The translations under genes and the position numbers were made by a program. From a virus (taxonomy: Duplodnaviria > Caudoviricetes): a stretch of DNA of 51,590 nt. The notes beneath the pieces were generated by a model, which worked only from the letters and a program-made list of their open reading frames with translations, did not search any database and was not told where the DNA came from. Positions 35,493 through 46,189 of this stretch are shown here, in pieces (positions within the stretch are counted from its first letter, which is position 1; the number at the start of each line of letters is the position of its first letter). The DNA is taken from positions 1-51,590 of the IMG/VR virus record IMGVR_UViG_3300021224_000010; one strand, given 5' to 3'.

Positions 35493-35798
35493 ATGAAAAA
35501 GATGTTCATTGTGGTACTAGCATGCGTATTGGCCGCCTGTAGCACCTATGGAAAGCCTGTCACGCAGGCGCAACTGGATCAAATTAAACAGGGTGTTACG
35601 ACGAAGGATGACCTGCTGAGCAGTTTCGGAAAACCCCTAGTGACTGCGCGTAATTCAGACGGTACACAGGTGATGTCCTGGGGGTACGCCAAGGTTGGGT
35701 TTGCCGGGTCTAGTTATACGAACCAGGCACTGAGTGTTGTGCTGGATTCCTCCGGTAAGGTGGCGAGCTTCACGACCACGGATACAGCGACGCCTTAG
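35493..35798 (+). CDS. Lipoprotein, BamE/SmpA-OmlA-like (moron)
   Basis: Lipobox LAAC; IKQGVTTKDDLLSSFGKP. Confidence 0.8.
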   Translation: MKKMFIVVLACVLAACSTYGKPVTQAQLDQIKQGVTTKDDLLSSFGKPLVTARNSDGTQVMSWGYAKVGFAGSSYTNQALSVVLDSSGKVASFTTTDTATP

Positions 35799-35824
35799 AA
35801 ATTAATTTAATCGCAGAAACGCAT

Positions 35825-35851
35825 AAAACCCAGCCGCAGCTGGGTTTTTTT
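35825..35851 (+). terminator. Intrinsic terminator
   Basis: AAAACCCAGC-CGCA-GCTGGGTTTTTTT. Confidence 0.8.
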
Positions 35852-35867
35852 ATGTCTGGAGAAAAGC

Positions 35868-38800
35868 ATGGCCGATACCGACGTACAGGGGATGCTCGTC
35901 CGCATTGAGGCCACCACGGCGCAGCTGCGTCAGGAGATGGCTCGGGCAGATTCCACCGTCGGTCAGTCGGCTGGCAAGATCGACAAGAGTTTGGGCCGTA
36001 TCGATACGGCATTTGATCGTGCGGGAGAGAGCGCCCAGAGCGCTGCAGGACTGATCAAAAGCGCCCTGGCAGTAGCGGTTGGTGCCGCCTCCGTCGGCAA
36101 GATCATTGAGGCAGCTGACTCATTTAGTCAGATGTCCGATCGCATCGGCATGGCCACCGGCAGCGTAAACGAATACAACCTGGTGCAGGATCGCTTGCTC
36201 GACACGGCCAAGCGCACATATCGACCGCTAGCCGAGGCCCAAGAGTTGTACATCCGGACGGCGGACAGTCTGAAGTCGATGGGTTACAACACCAGCCAGG
36301 CGCTGGACGTGATGGACAGCTTCAGCTTTCTGCTGGTGACCAACTCGGCATCGGCGGAGAAAGCCAGTGGGGCAATTGATGCCTACTCTAAAGCGCTCCA
36401 GACCGGCAAGGTCGAGGCTGATGGTTGGCAGTCCGTCCTCGCCGCTATGCCGACTGTGGTTGAAACCATCGCCAAGTCCACCGGGAAGACCGCGGAAGAA
36501 ATTCGTAGTCTCGGGGCTCAAGGGAAGCTGAGTCTCGATATCCTGACCGAGGGTTTGCAAAAGTCCGCTGAGGCCAACGGCCTGCTGGCGGACAGTATGG
36601 GCGTTGCGGTTCGCGATGCTATGCAAAACCTCAATAACGCCTTTTCGGTATACGTTGGGCGCCTGAACGAGACCACCGACGGCACTGGCGTTCTTGCCAA
36701 AGGCATCGGCACGCTCGGGAACAACTTCGAAACCCTAGCGGACATCGCTGGGGTGGTCGCGGTCGGTGCACTGGCAGGTTATGGACGTCAACTCGCTGGG
36801 TCGGCTGCAGCCTCGGTTTCCGCGACCAGAACTGCCGTCGCTGATGCGGTAGCGCGCAAGGCCCAGGCCAGCGCCGTTCTGCTTGCCGCTCAGGCCGAGC
36901 AACAAAAAGCCCAGACTTCCGTTTTTCTTGCGCAGAAAGAGGCAATTGCTGCGCGCGGCACCGCCGTGCAAACGCAGATGTCGCTGCAGCTCGCCGAAGC
37001 TAGGATGGTGGAGACCCGGGCTACCAACGCGGTGGCTGCAGCTCAGACGGCGGCAAGTCGCGCATCGCTTGGGGTAATGGGGGTTCTTGGCGGGCCTGCG
37101 GGTATTGCTGTTCTGGCTATTGGTGCCGCCACTGCGTTTCTCACGCTACGCGACAACACCAGCGTGCTCGAGAAGAAGCTTGGCGACCTCGGCGATCCCA
37201 TTGATAAGTTGGTTGAGCGATTCAACAAGCTCAACAGGGCCACGCAGTCTGTCACCCTCCGGGAGTTGAAGGCTTCGATTGAGGCTGCTGAAAAGGACCT
37301 GACTACCGCAGCAGGCTCAATCGCCTTTGAGTTTCAGAGCAGCCTGACAAACGCCGGCCTCGCTGGTGCATCCGGTTTCATGGGGGGCATCGCTCCGTTG
37401 CCGGCTGAGTTCAAGTCGGCAATGGATGTCATCAAGAAGGCATCTGCCGATCAGTCAGCCGGGATGGTCGTTGACTGGAAGGCTGTGGCCGACCAGGTGC
37501 GGGAAGTTCCTGGCGCCACAGCTGAAATGGCCAACGCCCTTGAGAAGAGCGGCGGCGCGGCAGCCGAGAAGGCTGAGATTATTGCCAAGCTCAAAACAGC
37601 GATGGCAGAGCTTACCGGGGAGACAGACGAAAATACCAGGGCGGAGCGTGAGAACGCAGCAGCTCGCGCTGGTGCCGCTCAGGCTGGACAGAAGTACCTG
37701 GACCAGGTGCTGAAGCAGCTTGCAACTGCTCAAGATAAAACGAACCTCGAAGCGGCGAATCGATTTATTGCAGAGAACACCCTCCTAACTAAGGAGATGA
37801 TCGTCGCGATTCGTTCTGCAGCATCAGCTAAAGATGCCCAGAAAGCTGCCGACGACGCAGCGACCAAGGCCAAACAAAAGAACACCAGTGCCATCGAGTC
37901 TGCCGCGAAGAAGCAGGCAAAGGACTTCGCCACCACCGAGGAAGGCTACAAGCGCCAGGTCGAACTGATCAACACCACCGGCGACAAGCAGAAAGACGCC
38001 ACTGAGGTAATGAAGCTTTCTTTCGAGCTGCAGGAGGGCAAGCTTGGCAAGCTGAGCGAGGCGCAAAAGAAAAAGCTTATGGGCATGGCTGCCGAGCTGG
38101 ACGCGCTGAACAAGCTGAAGAAGGCCAACGAAGATGACCTGAAGCTGACGGCGTTCAAGAATGCCCAAGCGCTCACGACTCAAACCACAAAGGACGGGTT
38201 TGAACACGAGTTGGCCGGTGTTGGGATGGGCGGCAAGGCCCGCGACCGGATGCGGGCAGATCTTGCGATGCGGCAGAAGTATGCTGCCGACGTGAATGAG
38301 CTGGTCAAGCAGCGCAACAGCGGGGAGATTGCGCCGGAGCTTTACCAAAGTGAAACAGCAGTTTTGCAGGAAGAGCTCGACAAGCGCCTTCAGGCTCAGC
38401 AGGACTTTTACGCGGCGACGGATGAGCAGCAAACCAACTGGATGAATGGCGTTAATGAGGCATGGGCCAACTATGCCGAAGCCGCGCGTGACTATTCAGC
38501 TCAGGCAGCAGACCTCACAAGCAACGCGTTGGGCAGCGCAACTAGCGGCCTCGGGTCTTTTTTCTCTGACGTAGCGACAGGCGCCAAGGATGCCGATGAC
38601 GCGTTAATGAACATGGTCATCAACTTTGGAAAGTCGATGATCAGTACGCTATCTGATATGGCTGCGCAGTGGTTGATCTATCAGGGCGTACAAATGTTGG
38701 TTGGCAAGACCACTCAGGCCGGCGCTGCGGGCGTGATGAGTGCCAATGCCTCGGCGACATCTCTGCAAGCAGGCCTTGCGGCGTATGCGTCGACAGCAGC

Positions 38801-39299
38801 AATTCCAATCGTTGGCCCACTGGCCGCGCCTGCGGCAATGGCAACGGCCCTTGCTGTCACCGGCCCGCTCGCGTCAGCTGTTGGGATGACTGCTATGGCC
38901 GGCGCGGTTGGTGGTTTCCAGCAAGGTGGGTACACAGGGAATCTCGGAGTCAGCCAGGTGGCAGGCGTTGTCCACGGTCAGGAGTATGTGTTTGATGCGG
39001 AAGCAACAGCGCGTATTGGGGTCGGCACTCTTGAAGCAATGAGTAATGGCCGACCAGCCTTTGCCAATCAACCTTCAGGTGGATCTAGCTTAGGTTATGG
39101 CGGAGATTCAGCATCTGCTCCAGTTGCCCCTGCTCCGATATTTAATCTCATTGAGGACTCGAGTAGGGCAGGCCAAAACCAGTCTAGCCAAGTGGATGGT
39201 CGTTGGGTGATAGATCAGTTCGTAGCCAACATTCGTGATAATGGGAAGGGCGCAAAAGCTATCCAAGAAATGCTTGGCATGGGGAGGGCAGCCAGATGA
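35868..39299 (+). CDS. Tail tape measure protein
   Basis: 1143 aa, Ala-rich helical, C-terminal GGYTG...GVVHGQEYV. Confidence 0.95.
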   Translation: MADTDVQGMLVRIEATTAQLRQEMARADSTVGQSAGKIDKSLGRIDTAFDRAGESAQSAAGLIKSALAVAVGAASVGKIIEAADSFSQMSDRIGMATGSVNEYNLVQDRLLDTAKRTYRPLAEAQELYIRTADSLKSMGYNTSQALDVMDSFSFLLVTNSASAEKASGAIDAYSKALQTGKVEADGWQSVLAAMPTVVETIAKSTGKTAEEIRSLGAQGKLSLDILTEGLQKSAEANGLLADSMGVAVRDAMQNLNNAFSVYVGRLNETTDGTGVLAKGIGTLGNNFETLADIAGVVAVGALAGYGRQLAGSAAASVSATRTAVADAVARKAQASAVLLAAQAEQQKAQTSVFLAQKEAIAARGTAVQTQMSLQLAEARMVETRATNAVAAAQTAASRASLGVMGVLGGPAGIAVLAIGAATAFLTLRDNTSVLEKKLGDLGDPIDKLVERFNKLNRATQSVTLRELKASIEAAEKDLTTAAGSIAFEFQSSLTNAGLAGASGFMGGIAPLPAEFKSAMDVIKKASADQSAGMVVDWKAVADQVREVPGATAEMANALEKSGGAAAEKAEIIAKLKTAMAELTGETDENTRAERENAAARAGAAQAGQKYLDQVLKQLATAQDKTNLEAANRFIAENTLLTKEMIVAIRSAASAKDAQKAADDAATKAKQKNTSAIESAAKKQAKDFATTEEGYKRQVELINTTGDKQKDATEVMKLSFELQEGKLGKLSEAQKKKLMGMAAELDALNKLKKANEDDLKLTAFKNAQALTTQTTKDGFEHELAGVGMGGKARDRMRADLAMRQKYAADVNELVKQRNSGEIAPELYQSETAVLQEELDKRLQAQQDFYAATDEQQTNWMNGVNEAWANYAEAARDYSAQAADLTSNALGSATSGLGSFFSDVATGAKDADDALMNMVINFGKSMISTLSDMAAQWLIYQGVQMLVGKTTQAGAAGVMSANASATSLQAGLAAYASTAAIPIVGPLAAPAAMATALAVTGPLASAVGMTAMAGAVGGFQQGGYTGNLGVSQVAGVVHGQEYVFDAEATARIGVGTLEAMSNGRPAFANQPSGGSSLGYGGDSASAPVAPAPIFNLIEDSSRAGQNQSSQVDGRWVIDQFVANIRDNGKGAKAIQEMLGMGRAAR

Positions 39300-39745
39300 A
39301 AAAATACCCTGATGAACTGCCATTGCCAGTCGCTGATGGCTATGGTTTTAAACCGGTAAGTCCTTTCACACGAACAAAAATGAACACTGGCCGTGCACGG
39401 CAGCGTCGGGCTTACGCTTCGGTACCTACCGAACTGGCGGCCAGCTTTTTTTTTGATGACCTGGAAGCTCAGCTTTTCGAGGCTTGGTACGAGGAGGTTC
39501 TTTTATCAGGGGTCGAGTGGTTCGAGTGCGAACTGAAGACGCCCCAGGGTGTTCAAGCCTACAAGGCCCGATTCACTGACATCTACGAAGGACCAACTCT
39601 GGACGGCGGCTACTGGAGATTTCGGGCGCCGCTTGAGCTGTGGGAGCGACCAATCCTCACAGATGGATGGGCCATCTATGCGCCGGAGTACATCCTTGGC
39701 ATGGATATTCTAGACGTGGCGCTAAACAAGGATTGGCCACAATGA
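39296..39745 (+). CDS. Minor tail / distal tail protein
   Basis: RTKMNTGRARQRR; position after tape measure. Confidence 0.8.
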   Translation: MKKYPDELPLPVADGYGFKPVSPFTRTKMNTGRARQRRAYASVPTELAASFFFDDLEAQLFEAWYEEVLLSGVEWFECELKTPQGVQAYKARFTDIYEGPTLDGGYWRFRAPLELWERPILTDGWAIYAPEYILGMDILDVALNKDWPQ

Positions 39746-40224
39746 CAAGCTTCGTACTGAATCGACTCTATTCCAGTGGTGGTCCGGAGATCTTGCACGG
39801 CACACTTGAAATAACAGACGGTGTCGCGCGTCACTTCCTCACTGACGGATACGATGATTTGGAGGTCGGTCTGGAGACTGGCGGACTCGCGACCTTCCTG
39901 GCGTGCGGGATCACTATCGCGCTCCCCAAAAGAGGCAGTGACGGTAAGCAGGATCTAAAGTTTGCCCTGTGCAACATCGACGGGAGCGTGTCTGGCTTCC
40001 TGCGGGCTGCACTGAGGGTTGGTCGAGAAATCAACCTATTTTACAGGGAGTACATCAGCACTGATCTGGCCTATCCATCGAAGATCCTGCGCTACAAGGT
40101 GAAGAGCGGATCCGCCACTGCCACCGAAGCCCAGATCGTCGCTGGTTACTTCAACCTGCTCGAAACGCTCTGGCTTCGCCACAACTACACCGGCAATTTC
40201 GCCCCAGGTATGCGGTATCAATAA
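39742..40224 (+). CDS. Minor tail protein (DUF1833-like)
   Basis: Start MTSFV via ATGA overlap; QDLKFALCNIDG, FAPGM. Confidence 0.8.
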   Translation: MTSFVLNRLYSSGGPEILHGTLEITDGVARHFLTDGYDDLEVGLETGGLATFLACGITIALPKRGSDGKQDLKFALCNIDGSVSGFLRAALRVGREINLFYREYISTDLAYPSKILRYKVKSGSATATEAQIVAGYFNLLETLWLRHNYTGNFAPGMRYQ

Positions 40225-40604
40225 TGTTTGATCACAACAAATACCTCGCGGGCAAGTACCTCGAGGGTGGGCGAGTGTGGCCGTTCGTTGACTGCTACGG
40301 CCTGGTGCTAGAGGTCCGTCGCGACCTCGGTTTGCCGGACTGGCCAGAGTGGGCAGACATCCGCGCCGGAGACGGCTCAATGGTTGGGGTGGCGGGGAAG
40401 TGGTTCCCGTCGCTGACGCTGTGCGAGCCTCAGGAGGGCGCCCTGATTGCGCTCTACCAGGGAAGTGAAATGCGCCACGTCGGCGTGGTGGTTCGTTGTG
40501 GCGCATCCCTTGAAGCGATGGAAATCACCGAAAAGCAAAGCACTATCTGCCTGCCGTTGCACAGGCTCAAGCGCCGCTTCGTGCGGGTGGAGTACTACAA
40601 GTGA
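40224..40604 (+). CDS. NlpC/P60-family tail assembly protein
   Basis: GGR...DCYGLV and HVGVV. Confidence 0.82.
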   Translation: MFDHNKYLAGKYLEGGRVWPFVDCYGLVLEVRRDLGLPDWPEWADIRAGDGSMVGVAGKWFPSLTLCEPQEGALIALYQGSEMRHVGVVVRCGASLEAMEITEKQSTICLPLHRLKRRFVRVEYYK

Positions 40605-43600
40605 TCGAAATTTACGCGTCCCGCATTGGCGTGAAGGAAGGCGATTGCGTTCCGCTGGAAATTCACCAGGTCAAGCAGTCCGTTTCCTTGTCCGGGTGGC
40701 TGTCGGAGAACGCCAAGGGCTTTGATATTGATTCCGTGCACCCTATCTGCATTGAGGTTCAAGGTGTCGTTGTTACTCCAGATCAATGGCATGGTTTTAT
40801 GATCGGCCCTGAATCGGACGTGAAGATATTTCCTGAGGCCCGCGCCTTTGCTGCGGTAGCCGCTTGGGTTGCAGTTGCCCTGGCTGCTATCTCGATCGTC
40901 ATGGTGCTGTCCATGCCCAAGGCGAAAGCCTCGAAGCAGCAGCAGGGTGATGATCTGGACATGGCGACCGCCACTGGCAACCATGCAAAGCTGAACTCGC
41001 CGATTCGCGAATTGCTGGGTATGGCCAAGGTTTATCCTGATCTGCTGGTGCAGCCGGTCTCGCGCTTCGTGGACAAGCGCTTGCTACGTACAAGTCTATG
41101 CCTTTGCGTGGGCCGCGGCCGGCATCTGCTGCCACCCGGTACACTAAAAATAGGTGATACCCCAGTGGCGGCGCTTGGTTCTGACGTCACCTACAGCATC
41201 TACGAGCCAGGTGCTTCGCTTGCCAACGACATCAGGGCGCAGAACTGGTACCGAGTCGGCGAGGTTGGTGGCACTAACGCTGGTACCGCGGGCTTGGATC
41301 TGGCCAGCACCGCGCCGTCGGAGTCTGCCGCTTTGGCGGATTCTATGCTGGTCAGTGGTGTCACGGTGTCCCTGCTAGGTAACAGTCCGCGCTTCCCAGA
41401 TCATTGGGCCGCCGGCACGCTGCTCACGCTGGTCACTCCTGACACGTACACAGTTTCAGCTGTTGGCGGATACAGCCGCATAGCCGGCGCGCTCACGGAC
41501 CTTTCGCCATTCGTTGGTATGGAGGTAACGTTGCGCAGTGATACCGATCTGGACCTGCGGGTGGCCAGCGTCTCACCCTATGTGCCGCCAGTGCCGGGCG
41601 TGGGCGGCTCTCCATCATCTGTGCAGGCAAGTGCGTCGCCGTCCACCTACGACTTCAGCGCAAGCGCCGTGGTTTGGACCGTGACATTCCAAGGCCTGAT
41701 CAGAAGCGTTTCGCTTAACTCCAACTACGGCAGCATGAGCGGCCTAGTGTCGATTATCACCTCGCAGCTTTCAGGGATCGGCCTGGTGGCCCAGGACAAC
41801 TCTGGCCGCCTGCGGCTGATTGAGCCACTAAGCCCCTACAAGGGCGGCGCAATTTCACAGACTGGCGCGCCGATTCCGATTTTCGGCACCGGGCCTACCT
41901 ATCTGGTGGGAACCGCCTCGACTGGCGGCGCGGCAGAGCAGCAGGCGTTCATCACGCTACAGTTCGATAACGGGACGCCGTTCACAGGTCTTGCCCTAGG
42001 CTCGCAACGCCTGGCGCTGGGATACCGCGATTTTCGCTACAGCGTGACGTCCATTGATGGTCTTACCGCCTCGGTTCGCCGCATCACCGATGCCGGTGCA
42101 ATCGACCTCATCTGGGCTGGGTTCACAGCTCGCACCCTGCTCGACTTTTCGCTCACTGGCTCCGGCGGCGCAGTCAACTGGATCGGCTCTTTTATGGGTT
42201 GCCCGGAGAATGAAGTGGCCACCGAGGCTGAGTACGACGTCTTCTTCAGCCAGGGACTCTGCTACTACAGCAAGCAGGGCAACATTAAAGTTTCGTCGAA
42301 ATCGATTGAGGTTAGGTGGAGGGATTCGGCGATTGGCGGGGCGTGGACAACCATCACCCACACTTACGTCGAGGCGACCCCCGACCAGATCGGCTTCACC
42401 CATAAGTTGGTGTTTCCGTACGCGCTACGCCCAGAGTTTCAGATGCGCCGTATGCAGCCTCTGATGGGTGGTCAGGCGCGGGAAGCGATTCAATGGTATG
42501 GCCTGCGCACGCTTCTGCCAGCGCCTTCCTCTTACCAAGGCGTGACCGTCATAACCATGGACGTGCGCGGCGGCGATCGCCTCAGCGCCCAGTCGGAGCG
42601 ACAGGTTAACTGCGTGCCAACCCGGATCTATGATGACGCGCCGATGCGATCAATCAAAGGGGCTGCTCTGCATGTTTGCCGAGGCCTCGGCATTGATGAA
42701 TCGCTGATCGACATCGATGCACTCAACTCGGTTGATCAGGATTACTGGACGCCGCGTGGCGAGCTGTACGACATGTCTCATGAGAAGGCGGCGCCAGTCA
42801 GGGAGGTGCTACAAGGAATCTTCACTGCTGGAATGTCCCACCTTTCGAATGGAAACGGCTTACTCAGCGTAAAGCGGGAAGGTGTTCAGCCACCGCGCGG
42901 GGTTATCACTCCGCACGAAATGACCAGCGAGCTGATCGCCAGCTTCACGGCGCCAAGTCCTGATGACTTCGACGGCGTCGACGTGGAGTACGTCGATCAG
43001 TTCACCAACCGTAAAGAGACCGTGCGGTGCCGGTTGCCTGGAAGCCTCGAGCTCAAGGTGGACAAGATTCAACTGGACGGGGTTTCAGATCGAACCCGGG
43101 CTTGGAGGATAGGCATGCGGCAGTTGCGCAAGTATCAGTTTTCGCGATGGGGCTACACCGTGGATACAGAACTGGACGCGCTAGTCTTTGATGATATCGA
43201 CCACATCACCCTGGCCGATGACATCCCTAACACCACCAGCAGCGCACTGATATTGGATGTTGAGGCGGAGGAGGGCGGGTACCTCCTTACACTGAGCGAA
43301 GAGATGGACTGGGCAATGGTTGCTCCTAGGGCAGTGATCCGCCGTCATGACGGCACGGTCACGAGCTTATTTGAGCCGAAGTACGCTGGCCTTCACCAGG
43401 TGCTGGTCCCGGCTACGGCCATTGATTTTGAAATCACCACCGATCTCAGCATCGAGCCGGCGCGCTTCCTGTTTGGATCGAGCGAGCAGGTGGGGTACCC
43501 GGCAATGATCACCGAGATAGCACCGAATCAGGACGGTACCTGTGCGGTTACTGCGACCGAATACTCAGTCGTGTTCTACGCGGACGACGACAAACAGCCG

Positions 43601-43615
43601 CCTGTAGCGGCGTAG
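40601..43615 (+). CDS. Tail tip / host-specificity protein (J-like)
   Basis: 1004 aa; PDDFDGVDVEY, RAWRIGMRQ; position. Confidence 0.88.
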   Translation: MIEIYASRIGVKEGDCVPLEIHQVKQSVSLSGWLSENAKGFDIDSVHPICIEVQGVVVTPDQWHGFMIGPESDVKIFPEARAFAAVAAWVAVALAAISIVMVLSMPKAKASKQQQGDDLDMATATGNHAKLNSPIRELLGMAKVYPDLLVQPVSRFVDKRLLRTSLCLCVGRGRHLLPPGTLKIGDTPVAALGSDVTYSIYEPGASLANDIRAQNWYRVGEVGGTNAGTAGLDLASTAPSESAALADSMLVSGVTVSLLGNSPRFPDHWAAGTLLTLVTPDTYTVSAVGGYSRIAGALTDLSPFVGMEVTLRSDTDLDLRVASVSPYVPPVPGVGGSPSSVQASASPSTYDFSASAVVWTVTFQGLIRSVSLNSNYGSMSGLVSIITSQLSGIGLVAQDNSGRLRLIEPLSPYKGGAISQTGAPIPIFGTGPTYLVGTASTGGAAEQQAFITLQFDNGTPFTGLALGSQRLALGYRDFRYSVTSIDGLTASVRRITDAGAIDLIWAGFTARTLLDFSLTGSGGAVNWIGSFMGCPENEVATEAEYDVFFSQGLCYYSKQGNIKVSSKSIEVRWRDSAIGGAWTTITHTYVEATPDQIGFTHKLVFPYALRPEFQMRRMQPLMGGQAREAIQWYGLRTLLPAPSSYQGVTVITMDVRGGDRLSAQSERQVNCVPTRIYDDAPMRSIKGAALHVCRGLGIDESLIDIDALNSVDQDYWTPRGELYDMSHEKAAPVREVLQGIFTAGMSHLSNGNGLLSVKREGVQPPRGVITPHEMTSELIASFTAPSPDDFDGVDVEYVDQFTNRKETVRCRLPGSLELKVDKIQLDGVSDRTRAWRIGMRQLRKYQFSRWGYTVDTELDALVFDDIDHITLADDIPNTTSSALILDVEAEEGGYLLTLSEEMDWAMVAPRAVIRRHDGTVTSLFEPKYAGLHQVLVPATAIDFEITTDLSIEPARFLFGSSEQVGYPAMITEIAPNQDGTCAVTATEYSVVFYADDDKQPPVAA

Positions 43616-43631
43616 TAACTAAATCCTTTTC

Positions 43632-43657
43632 AAAGCCCGCCAAGCGCGGGTTTTTTT
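43632..43657 (+). terminator. Terminator-like hairpin
   Basis: GCCCGC/GCGGGT plus T run. Confidence 0.65.
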
Positions 43658-43673
43658 ATACTTGGAGTTCGGC

Positions 43674-46154
43674 ATGACCACTTACGCCACTGGCAATCCG
43701 CTTGGTTCGACCAGTCCAAAGGATCTGAAAGACAACGCAGAAAACTTTGATAGGTTCGCCAATGGTCCCGCCGCCACTTACCCGGATCGTTTTGGCACTC
43801 TACGTAAGTCGATTCAGGGAATAAATGCCGGTTTCGACGCAGATCAAGCCTCTCGTACCCACATCTTCACAACCACCCAGTCTGAGAAGCAGCGTCAGTT
43901 CGATATTGCACAAGCGGTAAGGAAAGCTGCCTTCGATGCCTACATCCTTTCCTCTGGATATCAAGACATCGGAAGCTATGACGACGGCCCGTTACACCTG
44001 ACCGAGAGAAATCAGATATTCCTCAAGGGCGGAGAGCTTTGGAAGGCTGCGTCCTGGTTGGTGCTCCCCTACACTACCACTGGTATTTGGGCTGATGAAT
44101 CGAGTGGGTTTGTTTCGGTTGGTGATGCCGCTCTGCGCCAAGAGTTGGCTGCCCCGAACGGATCCGCCATGACAGGATTTATTCAGTTAAGCCCCGATGC
44201 AGTTCCGAGAACTTCTCAGGAAAAGTTGGGAGATGTCATGTCCGTCAAGGACTTTGGCGCTGTTTGCGACGGAGTCACGGATGACACGATTGCAGTGCAG
44301 CGAGCTATCACGGCAGCGGGCCAGGCCAAGAAGGCGCTCTATATTCCCGGCATCTGCGTGATTACAGCTGAGGTCTATTTTCGTGACTCGATCATGGTCT
44401 ACGGTGATGGGGCTGGTGCGGGCTACGGCGCGGCCGGCTTAACTAGTTATGTTCAGCGCAGCGGGTTCCTGGTCAAGGGGGCTGGTGTGCGCAGGGTTCG
44501 TACCAGAGTATTGCATCGAGCAACAGCGGCGGCACCCCAAGACAATCCGATTTCGACAGCACTAAACGTGCAGGCCGAGTTCGTGAGGTTCAAAGACTTT
44601 TGTGTGTTCCTCGACTTCGACAGTAGCGATCCGAGCCCTACGAACTTCGGCGCCGATTGGGATGTTGGTGTTTTTCTGGGGTGCCGCGTGCACTTCTCGA
44701 TGGAAAACGTACACGTCCTCGGTTACTGGCGGCAGGCGTCCGCCTGGCTTGATGTAACCCGTAGTGCGTTTACTAACGAGTTCTCCGACCCGACAGGCGT
44801 TCCATACAGCCCAGGTACCGTGGTTAATGGTGCCGATGGCTGTGTTTTCAACAAATGCTACTTCAGGGGGGGAAAGTGGGGAGTGAAAGTGCAGGGCGCA
44901 AAGCCGGCAGCAGGAAACGCCAGCTATGGTCCCGTCTACTATGACGAGCTGCAGGGATCTACCGTTCCTGATAGCCGTGGCAGCTTTGGTTTCTCCGACT
45001 TCAACCTGCTGGAGTGCTCGGTCTATGGTCCAGAGCACCACAGCCGCCGCAGACTTTTGGACACTGCCGGTAACTACTTGACTGATCCAGGTTGCGGCGC
45101 GATGACCATTGATGGCCTCGGCGGCGCATCAGCCGCAGTGCTCCAGGGCATGCGGTTCGTATCCACTCGGTTTACCTCTGGAGAGGCTTACCGGGTAAAG
45201 CTTGATGGCGTTAACCGTCCGTGCTTCATCGCCTGTCATATCGAGGTAAACGCATTCTCGACTTCAACCACTGGGGCCGCGCTTACCCCGTCTGACTTCT
45301 ACGGGCCGATTACAAGCACGCTCAGAACGCAGCGGCTGTATATCCAGAACCTAGGCGGATACACGCTCAACTACGCGTATATGGCGAACGTTGAAGAGGT
45401 CAACAATATTTGCCCGCATGCAACTGATGTGACTACCCGATTCGCCGGGTTCGTATCCAGTACGCGGGGTATCGCTACTGTATCAACGGATCTTTTGCTT
45501 GATGCGCCAACGGGTCAGTTAATCCGGCAGCGGGTGAACAGTGTCACCTGTGCGAGCGTGTCGCCGGATGAAATGGTGTTCTGGGGCGCCTCTCGCATTC
45601 GACCAGTTAGCGATAACGTTGTGTCACTGGGCAGATCAATAAACCGTTTCTCCGTCCTGTATGCCGGTACCGGGACAATCAACACATCAGATGCCAGGGA
45701 GAAGGGCGATATTCGTGCGCTTGAGGTTGCAGAGCTTGCTGCGGGCAGCCGTCTGGTGCGCGAGGTCGGCATCTATCAATGGATTGCATCGATCCAGCAG
45801 AAGGGCGATGACCAAGCGCGTCTGCACGTAGGCATGACGGTGCAAAAAGCCATCGAAATTCTGTCGGATGAGGGGCTAGACCCGTTCGACTATGGCCTTG
45901 TCTGCTATGACAAATGGGACGATCAGTACGAGACGTTTGATGAAGTGACGTGCGGTACCGGCGTTGCTGGTGAGGATGGGATGGAGTTGCGAGCAGTAGT
46001 CGAGCCGGCACAGACAAAGCTTATAAAGGCCGCTGGCGACCTTTACGGGTTCAGGGAGGGGGAATTGCACGCGCTTATGCTCAGGTCGCTGGCGATGGAG
46101 TTGGATGCTATTGGCGACCGGCTGGCAGCGCTTGAGGGTAGAGAAGCACCGTGA
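43674..46154 (+). CDS. Tailspike with beta-helix depolymerase-like domain and C-terminal intramolecular chaperone (S74-like)
   Basis: YATGNPLGS N-terminal anchor, SVKDFGAVCDGVTDDT, GTINTSDAREK cleavage motif, YGFREGEL. Confidence 0.88.
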   Translation: MTTYATGNPLGSTSPKDLKDNAENFDRFANGPAATYPDRFGTLRKSIQGINAGFDADQASRTHIFTTTQSEKQRQFDIAQAVRKAAFDAYILSSGYQDIGSYDDGPLHLTERNQIFLKGGELWKAASWLVLPYTTTGIWADESSGFVSVGDAALRQELAAPNGSAMTGFIQLSPDAVPRTSQEKLGDVMSVKDFGAVCDGVTDDTIAVQRAITAAGQAKKALYIPGICVITAEVYFRDSIMVYGDGAGAGYGAAGLTSYVQRSGFLVKGAGVRRVRTRVLHRATAAAPQDNPISTALNVQAEFVRFKDFCVFLDFDSSDPSPTNFGADWDVGVFLGCRVHFSMENVHVLGYWRQASAWLDVTRSAFTNEFSDPTGVPYSPGTVVNGADGCVFNKCYFRGGKWGVKVQGAKPAAGNASYGPVYYDELQGSTVPDSRGSFGFSDFNLLECSVYGPEHHSRRRLLDTAGNYLTDPGCGAMTIDGLGGASAAVLQGMRFVSTRFTSGEAYRVKLDGVNRPCFIACHIEVNAFSTSTTGAALTPSDFYGPITSTLRTQRLYIQNLGGYTLNYAYMANVEEVNNICPHATDVTTRFAGFVSSTRGIATVSTDLLLDAPTGQLIRQRVNSVTCASVSPDEMVFWGASRIRPVSDNVVSLGRSINRFSVLYAGTGTINTSDAREKGDIRALEVAELAAGSRLVREVGIYQWIASIQQKGDDQARLHVGMTVQKAIEILSDEGLDPFDYGLVCYDKWDDQYETFDEVTCGTGVAGEDGMELRAVVEPAQTKLIKAAGDLYGFREGELHALMLRSLAMELDAIGDRLAALEGREAP

Positions 46155-46162
46155 AAACGTCA

Positions 46163-46181
46163 GGCCCTGGAGACCAGGGCC
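46163..46181. terminator. Hairpin between convergent genes
   Basis: GGCCCTGG-AGA-CCAGGGCC. Confidence 0.6.
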
Positions 46182-46189
46182 CTTTCAGA

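Noticed and set aside
40601-46154. Diversity-generating retroelement or invertible tail-fibre cassette
   Set aside because: No reverse transcriptase, no duplicated template region and no adjacent invertase or inverted repeats noticed.
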